Assembly: GCA_951406725.2 (NCBI GenBank) | Contig: OX597822.1 | Span: forward strand, 40,114,001-40,178,000 | Length of the DNA stretch: 64,000 nt | From: Octopus vulgaris | Taxonomy: Eukaryota | Direction of reading: 5' to 3' | Part shown: positions 40,796 to 55,275 of the stretch, in pieces | Numbering within the stretch: position 1 is the stretch's first letter | How the letters are laid out: each line of letters starts with the position of its first letter | Translations under genes and position numbers: made by a program | The notes under the pieces: model-generated | Database searches by the model: none | Seen by the model: only the letters and a program-made list of their open reading frames with translations | Told to the model about the DNA's origin: nothing

Positions 40796-41679
40796 TTAAA
40801 ATTCTCATATATTTTAACATTTCATTTTTATCAAAATTGTTGAGCTTTATGGGATTTCTTTCCTTCCATAAATTCACAACACACCATATACATGTATGTA
40901 TGTAGGTATGTAGGTATGTATGTATGTATGTATGTTACATCACATCACATCACATCACATCACATCACATCGCATCACATCACTGTTATCGACTAGACTG
41001 CCGGATGCTCTTATAAACTGCTGGTTACCATGCACTTGCTCACATTGTTGTGGCTGCCGGATGAAGCATCCTCGGTGGCGCCACAGGCAACCCAGTATTT
41101 CATCGGAACTGGATGCTGGTCTGTCGCAGAGTCATTTGTTTACTGATGAGTGGACGGGAGCGGCGTGAAATGGAATAACGGGAGTCGTATTGCCAAAGAA
41201 CAGAACGCACTGCTCATCTCGTTCAGGAATCGAAACCACGACATTGTGATCGTGAGTGCAACATCCCAAACTCTAAGCTACACGCCTTCACCCGCTCAAA
41301 TACACCACACACATGGTGTGTGTTTGTGTAGATACATACGCATACAAGCATTTACTTCTATATATCACAAGATATATATATATATATCATTAGCTTATCT
41401 CGAATTGTTGTTTTTATGATTTAATACGTACGGAAGCACCTCTGGCCTTTCTAAATCCTTCAAGATTGGCTAGATCAGTAAAATTTATATAGTTCTTAAT
41501 CAGTCCAAACATCTGTAAATCGATGTTTTAAGGCAGATATGGGAACATGATGACGGTAGTGGAGGTGGGAGACAGTTTCAATGGACTGACGTCATTGCAG
41601 TGGTGATAGAGGAAGGGCAGATTCTTTCAGTGAGTTAGTGTTGGACTTTGGCACTCGATGGTGAGGCTGCTGTTGTTGC

Positions 41680-41910
41680 TGGCGAGCTGGCAGAAACGTC
41701 AGCACGTCGGGCGAAATGCGTAGCTGCATTTCGTCTGCCGTTACGTTCTGAGTTCAAATTCCGCCAAGGTCGACTTTGCCTTTCATCCTTTCGAGGTCGA
41801 TTAAATAAGTACCAGTTACGCACTGGGGTCGATGTAATCAACTTAGTCCGTTTGTCTGTCCTTGTTTGTCCCCTTTGTGTTTAGCTCCTTGTGGGTAGTA
41901 AAGAAATAGG
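41680..41910 (+). mobile_element. SINE family B, full length
   Basis: GGCGAGCTGGCAGAAACG...GTGGGTAGTAAAGAAATAGG. Confidence 0.9.
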
Positions 41911-42969
41911 TAGTAGTGGTAGTGAAGGCGTGTGATTTAACTGTTAGGGCATTTGGATCACGATCGTAAAATCGTGAGTTCGATACGCAGCGGCGCGTTG
42001 AGTCCTTGAACAAGACACTTTATTTTACGTCGGTCCTTGTTCGCTCAACTGACAAACATGGGTAGTACTTGTAGTTCAAAGGGCCAGCCTTATTACATTC
42101 TGTGTCACGCTGAATCACCCTGAGATAGACGTTAAGGGTACGTGTGACCGTGGAATGCTGAGCCACTTGCACGTCAAGTTCAGGGGCAGAATGTTACGTT
42201 TATCGGTAATGTTTACATCCAGATTAGTCCTGCTTTAGTAGACACTGGATCTAATGTATTCCAGGCGTAACCTTTCCGTCAGTTTATGGCTTCGCGTAAT
42301 CTTATGTGTCCTTCTCCCTATTGAGATAGCTGCGTAATTAGAGAAGAGAATTTGGTTGCTATTTCTAGGAAGTCCAACATTAAAACCGTAGACGTACCTC
42401 CTGCTTGACACGCGAACACCTTTATATTCGAATAATTTTTTCGCAGGAGTATAATGCAAAGTTAATGTGAGACTTATCATTTCTTTCCTCCTTCTGTAAC
42501 ATTATTTCGTATTTCGCCACAGCTAGTATCTTTCTCACGTTACGATGGTAGTTTCTTCGTATACGAAGGTCATGAGGAAAAGCGACATGCCCTCAAGAGG
42601 CTGTGTAAACCGATCCTTGACTCTAAAGCGCTTTTCGTCCTGGCTACGCTCATTAGTTTTCAAGTATGAGCCAGTTCACATCATCCGGCCCCACTTTTTA
42701 GACCTGAAGATGTGACCACAGTGACTCGATGGACTAAGATGACTGCAATGTCCAGTAAGCGTAGGCTTTACATTAGACTGGTCTTCTCCTTAGTGAATTG
42801 CCGAAAAGGGCAGGAGAGCTTCACCGACCCAGGAGTTACTGGATGTCAAAAAGGGCACTGGGCCACTTAAGGCACTTCACTCCTTGATTTGCTGTCGAGG
42901 TTAGCTCACTTAGCCTCCAAACACAAATCTTCACAAGGCAATGAATATCTGTCCTTGCAGTTTCTTCGA

Positions 42970-43305
42970 TAAAGACCCCCTTCGGTCATGAATGCCCATG
43001 GGATTGCACTTAGAATGTTTCCCTCCGAGGCACAAGCCCGAGCAAGGTTTTTTTCATGGAATACCAGCAGTCACCCATTCATATAGGCCTCCGCTCTTCA
43101 CGCTACCGATGTTATCCAAGGGAAAGGCAAAGGCCGATACAACTTGGCACCAGTGACGTCGCAACTCATTTCTGCAGATGTGTGAACTGGTACAACATGA
43201 AATAAAATGTCTTGCTCAAGAACACAACACACAGCTCGGTCCGGGATGCGAACTCACTACCTCATGATTGTGAGCCCGACGCTCTAACTACTGAGTCATG
43301 CGCCT
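42970..43305 (-). mobile_element. tRNA-derived SINE with a D-like head and a different tail
   Basis: Head AGGCGCATGACTCAGTAGTTAGAGCG...GAGTTCGCATCCC; tail fragment repeated at about 53536-53572. Confidence 0.75.
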
Positions 43306-43475
43306 TCTTCCGTAACATGCTAATGAATTCATGGTTGGAGCCCTGAGGGTTAGAGTAGACTAGGAACAACAGTGGCTAAGAGGTGGTTCTGCACCCGTTA
43401 CGTTACGGGGACAAGAACACACCAACATCGGTTGTCAAGCGATGGTGGGGTGGGGTGGGGGTGGGGACAAACACG

Positions 43476-43510
<35 letters not shown>

Positions 43511-44079
43511 TCACTCACTCACTCACTCACTCACTCACTCTTTCTTTCAAACACATATATACGATGGGCTTTTTTCAGTTTCCGTCCACCAAATCCACTT
43601 ACAAGTCTTTGGTTGAGCTGAGGCTATAGTAGAAGACACTTGCCCAACGTGCCACGCAGTGGGACCGACCCCGGAACCATGTGGTTGGTAAGCAAGCTAA
43701 TTACCACACAGCCACTCCTGCGCCTATGGTAACTCCTGCGAAATGGTAACGACCCTGTCAGTTCGCCGTTATATTATATCGCCAAACGTCATATAGTCTC
43801 CAAACGCAGTTCAGTGGTCTCTGAAAGGTTTCAGGGACAGCGACATATTTTCGATAAACGTTACTGATAATGTTTTGTGAGAAAACACCAGCTTTTTTGT
43901 TGGTGTAACAATATTGGGTGTAAATACTTTTAGCATCAAATATTTTTTAGCTGGAAAGGTTAAATTGCAAATGTCAAACTGCAGTTTGCGCATTATATTC
44001 ACATACGGGATCTAACACAGAAAGACACGCACATACATAGACGGGTGTGCGCGTTTTGGCATATTCATATACTCCCTTA

Positions 44080-44719
44080 CTCTTTTACTTGTTTCAGTCA
44101 TGTGACTGTGGCCATGCTGGAGCACCGCCTTTAGTCGAGAACATCGACTCCAGGACTTATTCTTTGTAAGCCTAGTACTTATTCTATCGGTCTCTTTTGC
44201 CGGACCGCTAAGTTACGGGGATGTAAACACACCAGCATCGGTTGTCAAGCGTTGTTGTGGGGGACAAACACAGATACACAAATGTGTATACACACACACA
44301 CATATATATATATACGACGGGCTTCTTTCATTTTCCGTCTACCAAATTCACTCACAAGGCTTTGGACTGAACCCGAGGCCATAGATGACACTTGCCCAAG
44401 GTGCCACGCAGTGGGAATGAACCCGGAACCATGTGGTTCGCAAGCAAGCTGCTTACCACATAGCCACTCCTACGCCTATATACATATACACAAAAGTACA
44501 TATACGCACACACATAGCAATACACTTTGTTCTCCACATAAGTGTTATAAAGGTTCGTTAGGTACTTTTCTGGCCGTATGGTAATAGAGTTGCTTCCCAA
44601 CCACATGGTTTCAGGTTCAGTACCTATGCGTGGAAGCTTGGACAAGTCTCTTCTACCATAGTGTCAGGCCGCCCAAATTCTTGTGAGTGGATCTGATTGA
44701 CGGAAACTGGAAAAAGCCC

Positions 44720-44787
<68 letters not shown>

Positions 44788-44980
44788 CTTTATGTCTGTT
44801 TGTCCCCCACCATTTGTTGACAACCGATGTTGGTGTGTTTAGCAAAAGAGGCCGATAGAATAAGTACTAGGCTTACAAAGAATAAGTCCTGGGGTCAATT
44901 TCGAATAAAAGTCCCTTAAAGGCGGTGCTCCAGCATAGCCGCATTCAAATGACTGAAACGAGTAAAAGGAAATAATAAAA
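44080..44980. mobile_element. Head-to-head pair of family A SINEs (44080-44477 minus, 44570-44980 plus)
   Basis: Both copies show full block order in opposite orientation. Confidence 0.85.
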
Positions 44981-45034
44981 GAATGTGCATGTACTCGTAC
45001 TCGTGAGCACGCGCGTTCACAACTAATACATATA

Positions 45035-45905
45035 TGTGGTGTGATCAATAAGTATCAGGTCTGTTGCCATAGTGACGAAACTAAAGCACGCAGAGTGATC
45101 TTGCACTCTGTTGTGTATGCACCCTAAGTTTCAACGTTCTAGCTTACTTCTGCTGCTTGCAACAGTTCTTGGAAGGAAGGTGCGTAGTATGTGATCGTTG
45201 CGTTGATCATGACACAAAATTGAGCAGAGAATCTGCATCAAATTTTGCCAAAAGCTTAGCGATACCTGCTCAGATGCAAACGCAAAGTTTTCAAAAAGTT
45301 CTCATAGTTCTCAACACGATCAAGGAGATCTTGTGCAATTGAAACCCGAGTGTTATTTTGGCCAGCTGAAAGCACTCTTGGCACAAACTTGGCAGACAAG
45401 TGTCTCGTAGACAAATCTTCAGTGATAATAAACTGTATTGAACCCTAACTAAACTCTACATCCTTTGATAGCTCACGGATGGTGATTCAACGATTTCCCC
45501 TCACAGCTGCATGCATATCTGCGATGTTTTTCTCACTTCTGCTGGTTGTGCGTCTCCCAGAACGTTCGTCAATATTACATTTTTTCGGCCATCTTGGAAA
45601 TGTCTGAATCACTTCTAGACTTGTATGCGGCACATACACTCTTCTCCATACACTTACTGCAATTTTGCGTAGGTCTCCGAGCAGGTGTCTTCATGACAAC
45701 TTTTCCTGTCGTGGTCAATGTGACTATCACACGCTGCACACCTTCCTTCCAAGCACTGCTGTAAATAATGGAAGTGAGCTAGAACGTTAAAAGTTAGTGA
45801 GCATTCACAGCAGAGATCGATGTCAATCTTTGCCAAGCGGCTTCACTCTTCGTGTTTTTAGCTTCGTTACAATGGCAACAGTCCGGATACTTATTGATCA
45901 GACCT

Positions 45906-45907
<2 letters not shown>
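45035..45907. mobile_element. Mariner foldback derivative made of two inverted 5' ends
   Basis: Termini GGT(G/C)TGATCAATAAGTATC flanked by TA; + strand IEQRICIKFCQKL; minus strand DTCSETYAKLQ*VYGEECM...FQDGRKNV...SAKFVPRVLS...ENFLK. Confidence 0.85.
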
Positions 45908-45975
<68 letters not shown>

Positions 45976-48295
45976 CATGCGATCTTAAGTTTGTTGAAAG
46001 GCTTGATTTCACCGATTCCGACAAGGGGAAAAGCTGCTGAAGTTGGTTGTGGTCTAATCTCGGAATACTAATGTGAAACCGAGCATGGTACGGCATTAAA
46101 GATGCGCGCACACACACACTGTACGTAGGTTAGGTTGCAGACGGCTTCTTATAATTGTAACGCCAACACCACTGCCACAATAATTTAACGCCACCGTTAT
46201 CACTGTTGCTCTCCTGTACCACCATAACTTTCCGCACTCACCACCGTAAACTCACCGTCACTACTGATATAATCTCCCACCACCAGACATCCTACCACCC
46301 CTCATCCCATCACCCCTCATATCTCACGTTTTTCCCGAGGCCACACTCAAGAAAAATGGCAGACAATGCAACAGGTTGTCAGTCAACTTAAAACTTCCTC
46401 CATTGATAAAACCAGCGACCGACCGACAGACAAGAAGACCGACAGAGCGTCGGACAGGCAGACCAACAGACAGACATAGCTGTATTCCTAGATTCGATGT
46501 GGAGAGGTAGAAGGAAGAAGGGAGTTAGTGAACAATATGTAATGCCGAAGGATGTTAAGTTAGAAGTTTTCAGCTGATTTAATGAACAAAGTAAACCTAC
46601 GGCGAATATTAAACACAGTTAAGATGGCCACACACACACACACATATATTTATATATACAGACTTATATATGACGGGCTTCTTTCAGTTTCTGTCTATCA
46701 AATCCACTCACAAGTCTTTGATCGACCCGGATCTATAGTAGAAGACCCTTAGCCATGATGCCAAGTAATGGAACTGAACTTGGAACCATGCAGTTGGAAA
46801 GCAAACTTTTTATAAGTGTGTGGTACATAATAGGCTAAACATACTGTAAACACTAAACGGTAAACATGTAATGAACGGAATAAGATAAACATGTGGTGAA
46901 CATTCAACGTTAAGTTACAATGAATGCAGTATGGTGAAAGTAGTCAATAAACATATGCTAGGAATTATATGGTTAACATTGTGGTTAACATACGGTGAAA
47001 AATATATGAAAATCTGTGATAAAATGCTAAAATAAGCGAATGATGAACGTTATTGGGTTAAAGTAGATGAACATGATAGGGTAATATATAGAGAAGCTAT
47101 TAAACATATGGTGGACATGAAAATGAGAACTATTAGACAAACCTAAGGTTGAGTTTTTGAGATAAAAAAATATGTTGAACTATATGTGATTATTGTGTAA
47201 AGAACATTTGAAAAGTGAACATATGGTGAACACTATCAAATGAATGTATAAAAGCGAACATATGGCGGAAAATTTCAGAATATGTAGTGAGCATTATGGA
47301 AGTGAACATATGTTGATAAATTTCAGGACATGTAGTGAGCATTGTGAAAGTGAACTTATGGTGAACAATGGTATTAAAAAAAGAGAGACAGACAATATCA
47401 CAATATATCAAGTGTGTGTAAAGTGAATCTTGTAAAAGAGAACGTGATACACAGTATCTGATGAATGCCTTGTAAAAACAATATATAAACGTGAACATAT
47501 GGTGAACAATATCAGATGATGTGCAGCAAACCTTATAAAAGCGAACATATGGTAAACAAAATCTGGTGAATGTATAGTGTGCATTATAAAAGTGAACATA
47601 TGGTGAACGATATCTGCTTTGAAAGATGGCGAGCCTTATGAACAACGTTGATATTTGTTAGCTCCAGCTTGGCCCGATCAAGCAAACCAACTGTCTATTC
47701 TCCAAGTGCGCCACAGCCAGGGTTACATTAGCCATTGTGTATTCATAATTCATAACGCGGCACTGTGTAATGTGAGGAAGAAATAGCTGCTGTATCTAGC
47801 AGCTCGGAGAACCACAGTAGATAAAACTCACATGACTGAAAATGAAAGTAGTGTCTGGACATACACGCGACAGGATAGGGTGGATGTATGAATAGATGGG
47901 GAAGTGGGCCGGTAGATAGGTGGTTGCGAAGACGGGTGGAGGTATGTGGATGGATAGATAAATGAGTTTATGTATGGAAGGATGGATAATTGGATTAATG
48001 GATGGTTGGTAGGATGGATTGAGGAGATGCTGTATAGATAGATAGACAGGTAGTAGTTTGGCTTGATAGCTGGAAGGATTGGTGCTTGGCTAGATTAGGT
48101 AGGTAGGTGGGACGTACACAAGTGGAGATAGATAGATGGAAGGCTAACCTGTGTACCTACGTTTGTCCATCCATCTATCTATCCATCAAAGAAAGATTGA
48201 AAGATGTAGAACCATAGCCATAAAGATAGATACATAGATAGATGTAGATATACAGAAACATAGATGAAGATATAGAACAATAGAGATGGAACGAT

Positions 48296-48471
48296 AGATA
48301 GATAGATAGATAGATATAGCTAGATTAACAAAGACAGGCAGATAGATAGATAGATAGATATAGCTAGATTAACAAAGACAGGCAGATAGATAGATAGATA
48401 GATATAGCTAGATTAACAAAGACAGGCAGATAGATAGATAGATAGATATAGCTAGATTAACAAAGACAGGC

Positions 48472-48504
<33 letters not shown>

Positions 48505-48540
48505 TAGCTAGATTAACAAAGACAGGCAGATAGATAGGTA
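48296..48540. repeat. Minisatellite (GATA)nTAGCTAGATTAACAAAGACAGGCA, five copies
   Basis: Direct inspection. Confidence 0.9.
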
Positions 48541-49429
48541 GATAAAAAGATAGCTGTAGATATATGGAGACAAGCATAAAGTCATAGATGTAGATACATA
48601 CATAGATAAATGTAGATAGGTCGATCGATAGATAAATAGACAGATAGAGATTGATAGATGTAGATAGATAAATAGATAGACAGATGTTGACAGATAGATA
48701 AATGTCGATAGATAGATTGCTGTAGATAGATAACCAGACGAATGGCCAGCAGAGAGCCAGGTCTTTTATTTATTATGACAACATGTCATTAGTCTGCACT
48801 AGCCAGAGTGTATAGCAATGTGCATTCTGGTATGATAAGGTATGTAGAAGACAATGTTATATAGTTGTAATGCGATGCATCCGCCTGTGCATGTGATTAC
48901 AATCTATACAACAACAGACAACTGAAATACTGCTACATCCGGGTGCCTAGATTACATGCAACGAATTTTTACCTCGTAGCGCGCGCGTGAGTGTGCATGT
49001 GTGTGCTTGACTATTCGGCGTGCGTGTGAAAATATATAATATATATTTATGGCTTTGTGTACATTGGTGTACATGTGAGTCGTTAAATTATTCAAATGAG
49101 TGGTCTACGTGTGTGTGTGTGAGCGCATATGTATGTATTCATCTTGAGATGTGTAGATGTGTATACTCATATGTGTATACGTGCGTATGTGCTCGTGTGT
49201 ATTTCTTAAGACGTTTTAATTATCAAGTGTGTATAAGACTGGGTGTGTACGCATAATTATACGCCTATATTTCTGTGCATACGCGTGTGGGTGTGTATCT
49301 CATGTGACTGGAATTTTGCATGAATTATTTATATACACATAGTATACGCTTGTTGCATGCAATAACGTGTGTAAATCTAGGGATTTAATTGTATTCTCAA
49401 ATTCTATAATAAGCAAACTTCCTCATAGT

Positions 49430-49594
49430 ATGTATGTATGTATATATATATATATATACACACACACACATTTATATATATATATACACACACACACACA
49501 TATATATATATACACACACACACAAATTTATATATATGTATACACATTTATATATATATATGTATACACATTTATATATATATATATACACACA

Positions 49595-49629
<35 letters not shown>

Positions 49630-50073
49630 CATATATATATATATACGTATATATATATATATACACGTATATATATATATACACACACACATTTATATAT
49701 GTATATATATATATATATACATACACACATATATATATATATAGATTTATATATACATATATATATAGATTTATATATACATATATATATACATTTATAT
49801 ATACATACATATATATATATACACATTTATATATATATATACATTTATATATATATTTATATATACATATATACATTATACATACATATATATATATATA
49901 TATACACACATTTATATATATATATATATATATATATACATACACACATTTATATATACATATACATTTATATATATATACCCCACACACGTCTACATAA
50001 ATATAATCGCAAATACATATAGGCACACACACATATATATATACACATACACACGCACATATATATACGTATG

Positions 50074-50110
<37 letters not shown>
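49430..50110. repeat. (TA)/(CA) compound microsatellite
   Basis: Direct inspection. Confidence 0.95.
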
Positions 50111-50113
<3 letters not shown>

Positions 50114-50453
50114 AGAAAGAGAGAGACACACATATGTATACATATGCACTCATATATCCGAAGACCCACAGTCGTCACTCGCAAGCGACTATATATTGGT
50201 AATACATACCATACCATCGCTAAGTGTTTTAGGTATTCGCGAACAGATATAAGTACACCGTCGATCCTCTCATGTTTTCATCCAGTAGAATATCCATGAT
50301 GGGACTACTGGATGAGAGACAGAGCTGCACCTGTTTTTGGTTGGTACTCAATTTCGGCCGGGTAGACTGGACCAACGTGAAATAACGTGTGCTATCTCAG
50401 TGGCACACGCACACACCTGTGCGCACGTTTGAGAGCATCAATATGTGTGTATG

Positions 50454-50490
<37 letters not shown>

Positions 50491-50495
<5 letters not shown>

Positions 50496-51073
50496 CATAT
50501 AAAATCTGTTCTGTCTGTATGTGTGTCTTCTCGGATCTCGGGCATCCTCCATCCGATTGCGCTCAAATTTGACATGTAGAGACCGACGGTACCAGGGCGT
50601 GTATAAGTCTTGAAAAAATTACAAAAATCGATTCCAGGTGAGAATGCGATTTATAAAGCCGTGGGAACGTGCATTTGTACGCGCAAGTACATCAGCTGTT
50701 GCGATCGATACTATACGTACACGAGAAAAATGCACGTGCAGTTTGCGCAAAAAAAAGCCTGTTGTTTTTGTACTGTTTAAAGGCCCGTTTCCTTCCTTGC
50801 AAGCTTACTGTTTAAACCATGTTTGTGTTCTCCCAGTCAACAGCCTTATCATTACTGGTACTTTAAACTCTTCAGTTGCATATTTGTGTGAATAAAATCG
50901 TTTTTCTTTGGAATAGAAAAAAGTCTATCTTTATTTCTTCTTTTGCTGGTGTCTCAAATTTAGGTTAAATCAGTGTTTCTCAAAGAGGACGGTCGGACAA
51001 GTTGTTTCGAGAAAATTTGATTTAAATGTTTGACAAATCAACACCGTCCATTGGACGGGGGGCGTTTTGCTCG
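50491..51073 (+). mobile_element. Non-autonomous Helitron-like element
   Basis: 5' CTGT-rich stretch then CCGATTGCGCTCAAATTTG; 3' hairpin CCGTCC-ATT-GGACGG followed by CTCG|T; between TA runs. Confidence 0.6.
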
Positions 51074-51689
51074 TATATATATATATGTGTGTGTGTAAGT
51101 AATGAAAAATTATAGAAGTCAACTCTTTTCAAGAAACAACAGCATAGGGCTCGTCGACTTTGCCTTTCATCCTTTCGGGGTCGATAAATTAAGTACCAGT
51201 TACGCACTGGGGTCGATGTAATCGACTTAATCCGTTTGTCTGTCCTTGTTTGTCCCCTATATGTTTAACCCCTTGTGGGCAATAAGGAAATATATATTAA
51301 GCGATTAGATTAAGTTATTAATTTGAAAGAGACAAGTTCCAAGGCCAATAATACTCCTCGTAAAAGCCGACACACATCTAAACACAGAGACCATATATAA
51401 ACCGTTATAAGCATGCAAACACTTAACATACAAAAACATACATTTACATATAATAGGGTAATTCCGTGCCCGAATCAAAGTCGGATAAATAATAATATAA
51501 ATGCATAGAGATAAATTAAGAAGTCCAAGCTGATGAGATAGCAGCTCACAATAATCCAAAATGGAAGTCCTCGAAGGAATCCGATAAATAGTCTTACGAC
51601 CGTTTCCATATGAAATATGAGTTGCGTGTGTATACTCATTTTAATGAAAATTACAAAACGAATAGTCGCGATGGTATTCCCATCTCATG

Positions 51690-51827
51690 AGGTCAACTTT
51701 GCCTTTTATCCTTTCGGGGTCGATAAATTAAGTACCAGTTACGAACTGGGGTCGATGTAATCGACTTAATACCTATGTCTGTCCTTATTTGTTCCCTCTG
51801 TGTTTAGCCCCTTGTGGGTAATAAATA
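51690..51827 (+). mobile_element. 5'-truncated SINE family B with a 17-bp target-site duplication
   Basis: GGTATTCCCATCTCATG at 51673-51689 and 51828-51844. Confidence 0.9.
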
Positions 51828-52654
51828 GGTATTCCCATCTCATGCTGAAGATTAATATAACATTCATTTCGACATCGTTCATTCACTCTATCAACCAGAC
51901 AATCAAAAATTTGTTATGCATCGCTGGTCACAATGCGCTTCCTCGCATTGTTGTAGCTTTCGAATGATACGACCCCGCTGAGCTGGCAGGCAGGGCAGCA
52001 CCCCCGCTTCTCAACGAGGCGCCAATCGTCGTAGAGCTACTCATCTACAGCTGAACGAGCAGAGGCAACGTGAAATTAAGTGTTGTGCTCAAGATCACAA
52101 TGCACTGCCGGTCTGAGAATCGAAACCCCGATCTTGCCATTTTGAATGCGACACCCTAAACACACACCTTTCGGCCAGTAATACAGGACGCAGTTTTTAT
52201 ATTCTTGCAATTCTGCGATTCTGTTGAAGAATCTTAGTGTTTCTTCTTAATATTCCTCCATTTTTTTCTTTTACGTTCTGTCGCCATATCATTGCTGTTT
52301 TGTTTACAAGCGCCGAAAGATTTTACAAACAGAAAAATCATTAACTTCCTTTGTTAAACAGATTCATACAAACAAATAAACGAAGCTTTGTTTTGTTTGT
52401 ACAAATTAATCGGTAAAGTGTTAAAATGAATGAAGAGGCGTATGGTTATAGTTTCACATTGTAGACTAGAACCTTCCCTGAGTAATGAAAAACCTTCATG
52501 CCAAATTTGGTACAGATTGATCCAGCGGTTTGACGGTGCATAGAGGAAACACACACACACAGTGAATTTTATAGATATTGGTTTGTTTAAGTCCCTATAG
52601 GAACAGTTCGGCAAAAAGATAACGATACAAGGCTTCAAAATATATTTATATATA

Positions 52655-52882
52655 CAATCATCCCTCGACTATGGTGGGTGTTACATTCTAAAACCCCTCG
52701 CGATAGGTGAAAATCCGCGAAGTAGAAACAGTACTGTACTGTATATCTATTATTATTTTTTTTTATAAATAATTTGTATATATTTATTTTATTATAAATG
52801 CAAAACAACACAACGGAGGAATCGACGTAAGCTTAAATGATAAACCGCGATAGGTGAAGCACGACAGGACGAGGGATTACTG
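52655..52882. mobile_element. Tigger/pogo-like MITE nested in a family A tail
   Basis: TA|CAATCATCCCTCG...CGAGGGATTACTG|TA; internal repeated CGCGATAGGTGAA. Confidence 0.75.
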
Positions 52883-53475
52883 TACTGGAGTCGATTTGTT
52901 TGACGGGACCCTCCTTCAAAACAGTGCCCCAGCATGGTCGCAGTTCAATGACTGAAACAAGTAGAAGCTAAAAATAACAGATACGTGCATATTTACACAC
53001 ACACAACCGCAGACAACCTATATTTGCATATGAATCAGGTTTATAAACTAGGTCTTTTATGCATCGACGTGTGTGTGTATATCTTAGGTGTGTGAAGTCG
53101 TTCAAACAATATCATTGTGTATGCAGCCAAACCAGTTTTCTCTGCTCTACTTTCCACGGTCATACTGACATCATAAATATGACATCTCTTCTGATGTCAT
53201 AAGATATCTTAATTCTGTGGGCACTATGGCTATTAAATCGCATGCAAGGGGTCTTTTATCTGTGAAATCATAAATATTAGATATGATAGTATTATATACG
53301 ACATATGTAATGTCATATGCATATCATATATCTTGTATCTTTCATTTGTTTCGACCATTTCATTTGTTTAGACTACGGCCATGCTGGGGCATTGCCTGGA
53401 AGAGATTTTAGCTGCGGGGACGTAAACATGCCAACACCAGTTGACAAGTGGTGATAGGAGGCACGCATGAGCGCG

Positions 53476-53531
<56 letters not shown>

Positions 53532-53571
53532 TAGGAGACCCCATGCGGTCATGAATGACCATGGGATTGCA

Positions 53572-53872
53572 CCTTCTTCAGGTGTCTTGGGCAAATTTCG
53601 AACCTGGGTTCTGATTCCTAAGGTATTTTTCGATGTTTTTATTATTGTTATTGTTCAGATCTCTGCTTGGAATCGAACTCGGAATCTTGGGATTAGTAGC
53701 CCGCGCTCTTAACCACTACACCATATGCCCACGGGCATATGGCGTAAGACACCTGAAGAAGGCTGGAGGGTATATCAGCCGAGATGTTGTGTTAACAACA
53801 AACAAGATGAGGACAAATACCCGTCAAATGTAAATAATGTACACAATTCCCCATCTCTTAAATATAGAACTG
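53572..53872. mobile_element. Palindromic tRNA-head plus hammerhead element, internally deleted copy
   Basis: Minus-strand A box TGGTGTAGTGG and B box GAGTTCGATTCC; centre CCATATGCCC-AC-GGGCATATGG; degenerate hammerhead motif at 53748-53793. Confidence 0.8.
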
Positions 53873-54809
53873 AATGGTGGACACATTGAAAATTAACAAG
53901 ATGAATAAAATATTTAGCTCATTCTTATCCCTCTTACAGATTAATTCTATGATGTATAGCTATTAAGATACAAGTATTTTAAATTGCACCATGACTTTAT
54001 GGTCACCCTGTGCCCATACATCTTTTAGAAGAATGTGACCATGACACTTTACAGGTCTTCCAGAAATACAATCGTATATTCAATTACATTTCCTCTCGTT
54101 TACCCTCACCTTTTTCTCGTTTCTTTCTCATATACTTTTTCTTTCCATTTTCAAACCGTATCATGTCTCTCTCTCTCCAAACATGTGACAGATATTTTAA
54201 CGGATTACTTTTCTTCAGAAGAAACGTGAATAGAAAAATCTAATCCACATTATATAGAGAAAATAAATTATTACACACACACACACATACATATATATAT
54301 ATTTGTATGTATGTATCAAATAACTTTAAAGCGACCTTGCATATGATAAATATATATATTTGAAATAATATGCATACTATATCCATTACAACTTTATAAC
54401 ATGATACACACACACACATGTATAAACGGTATCTCATGTATGTGATTTCTCTGCCATGTGATAATGCATAATATATGTATATATTACCATCATTTTTTTT
54501 CCTTCTCCGTAACCGAAACTGCAATATGCTGGGAATAGTGATTATCCTGCCATGATAAATTATATCGCTGTTCATTTTAATCTTGTATCTGCACTGCTTA
54601 CGTTGGTGGGTGTCGCTTTTGAGACAACTAGATGTAATGTTTTGCTGTACATAGTCCCATGTCTTGTGATTCATGAAATGGCTTCTTTCTTGTGTTAGAT
54701 ACCGAAATGATAGGATCATCGGAACATTGGACGGAATGTCAAGTGATATTCTTTTCGAATCTCAGCGTTCCGAGTTCGAATAGTAACAAATCAGCTCAGT
54801 CTTTCATTG

Positions 54810-55275
54810 ATTTCAAATTTTGGCATAACCCTAGAAATTTCGGGGCGAGGCTTTAAGTCGATTACATCGACCCCAGTACTCAACTGGTAATTATTTTATC
54901 GACCCTAAAAGGATGAAAGGCAGAGTCTACCTCGGCGGAATTTGAACTCAGAACGTAAAGATGGGCGAAATGCACTAAGTATTCTGCCCGGCGCGTTAAC
55001 GATTCTGTCAGATCACTGCCTTAAAGCTCTATATTTCATTATTTTGATCATAAAAAAGGCGACGAGGTGGCAGAGTCGTTAGTGCGTCGGACGAAAGACT
55101 TGGCAGCATTTTAGACATCTTAAAGTTCTGAGTTCAAATTCTGTCGAAGTCCACTTTACCTTTCATCATTTCGGGGTCGATGAAATAAGTACTAGTTATG
55201 CACTGGGGCGATATAATCGACTAACCCTACTCATTCCCCAATATTTCAGGACTTGTGCCTATAGTAGATAGGATC
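54810..55275. mobile_element. Head-to-head pair of family B SINEs
   Basis: Minus copy 54810-55022, plus copy 55057-55275. Confidence 0.85.

Larger units (their letters stand above)
40264..40892. mobile_element. Foldback element with about 280-bp inverted arms, each containing a hammerhead-like motif
   Basis: 40264-40550 is the diverged reverse complement of about 40616-40892. Confidence 0.8.

Noticed and set aside
46850-47610. Degenerate GTGAACATATGGTGAACA repeats with a 151-aa minus ORF
   Set aside because: Decayed minisatellite; the peptide periodicity simply mirrors the DNA repeat.
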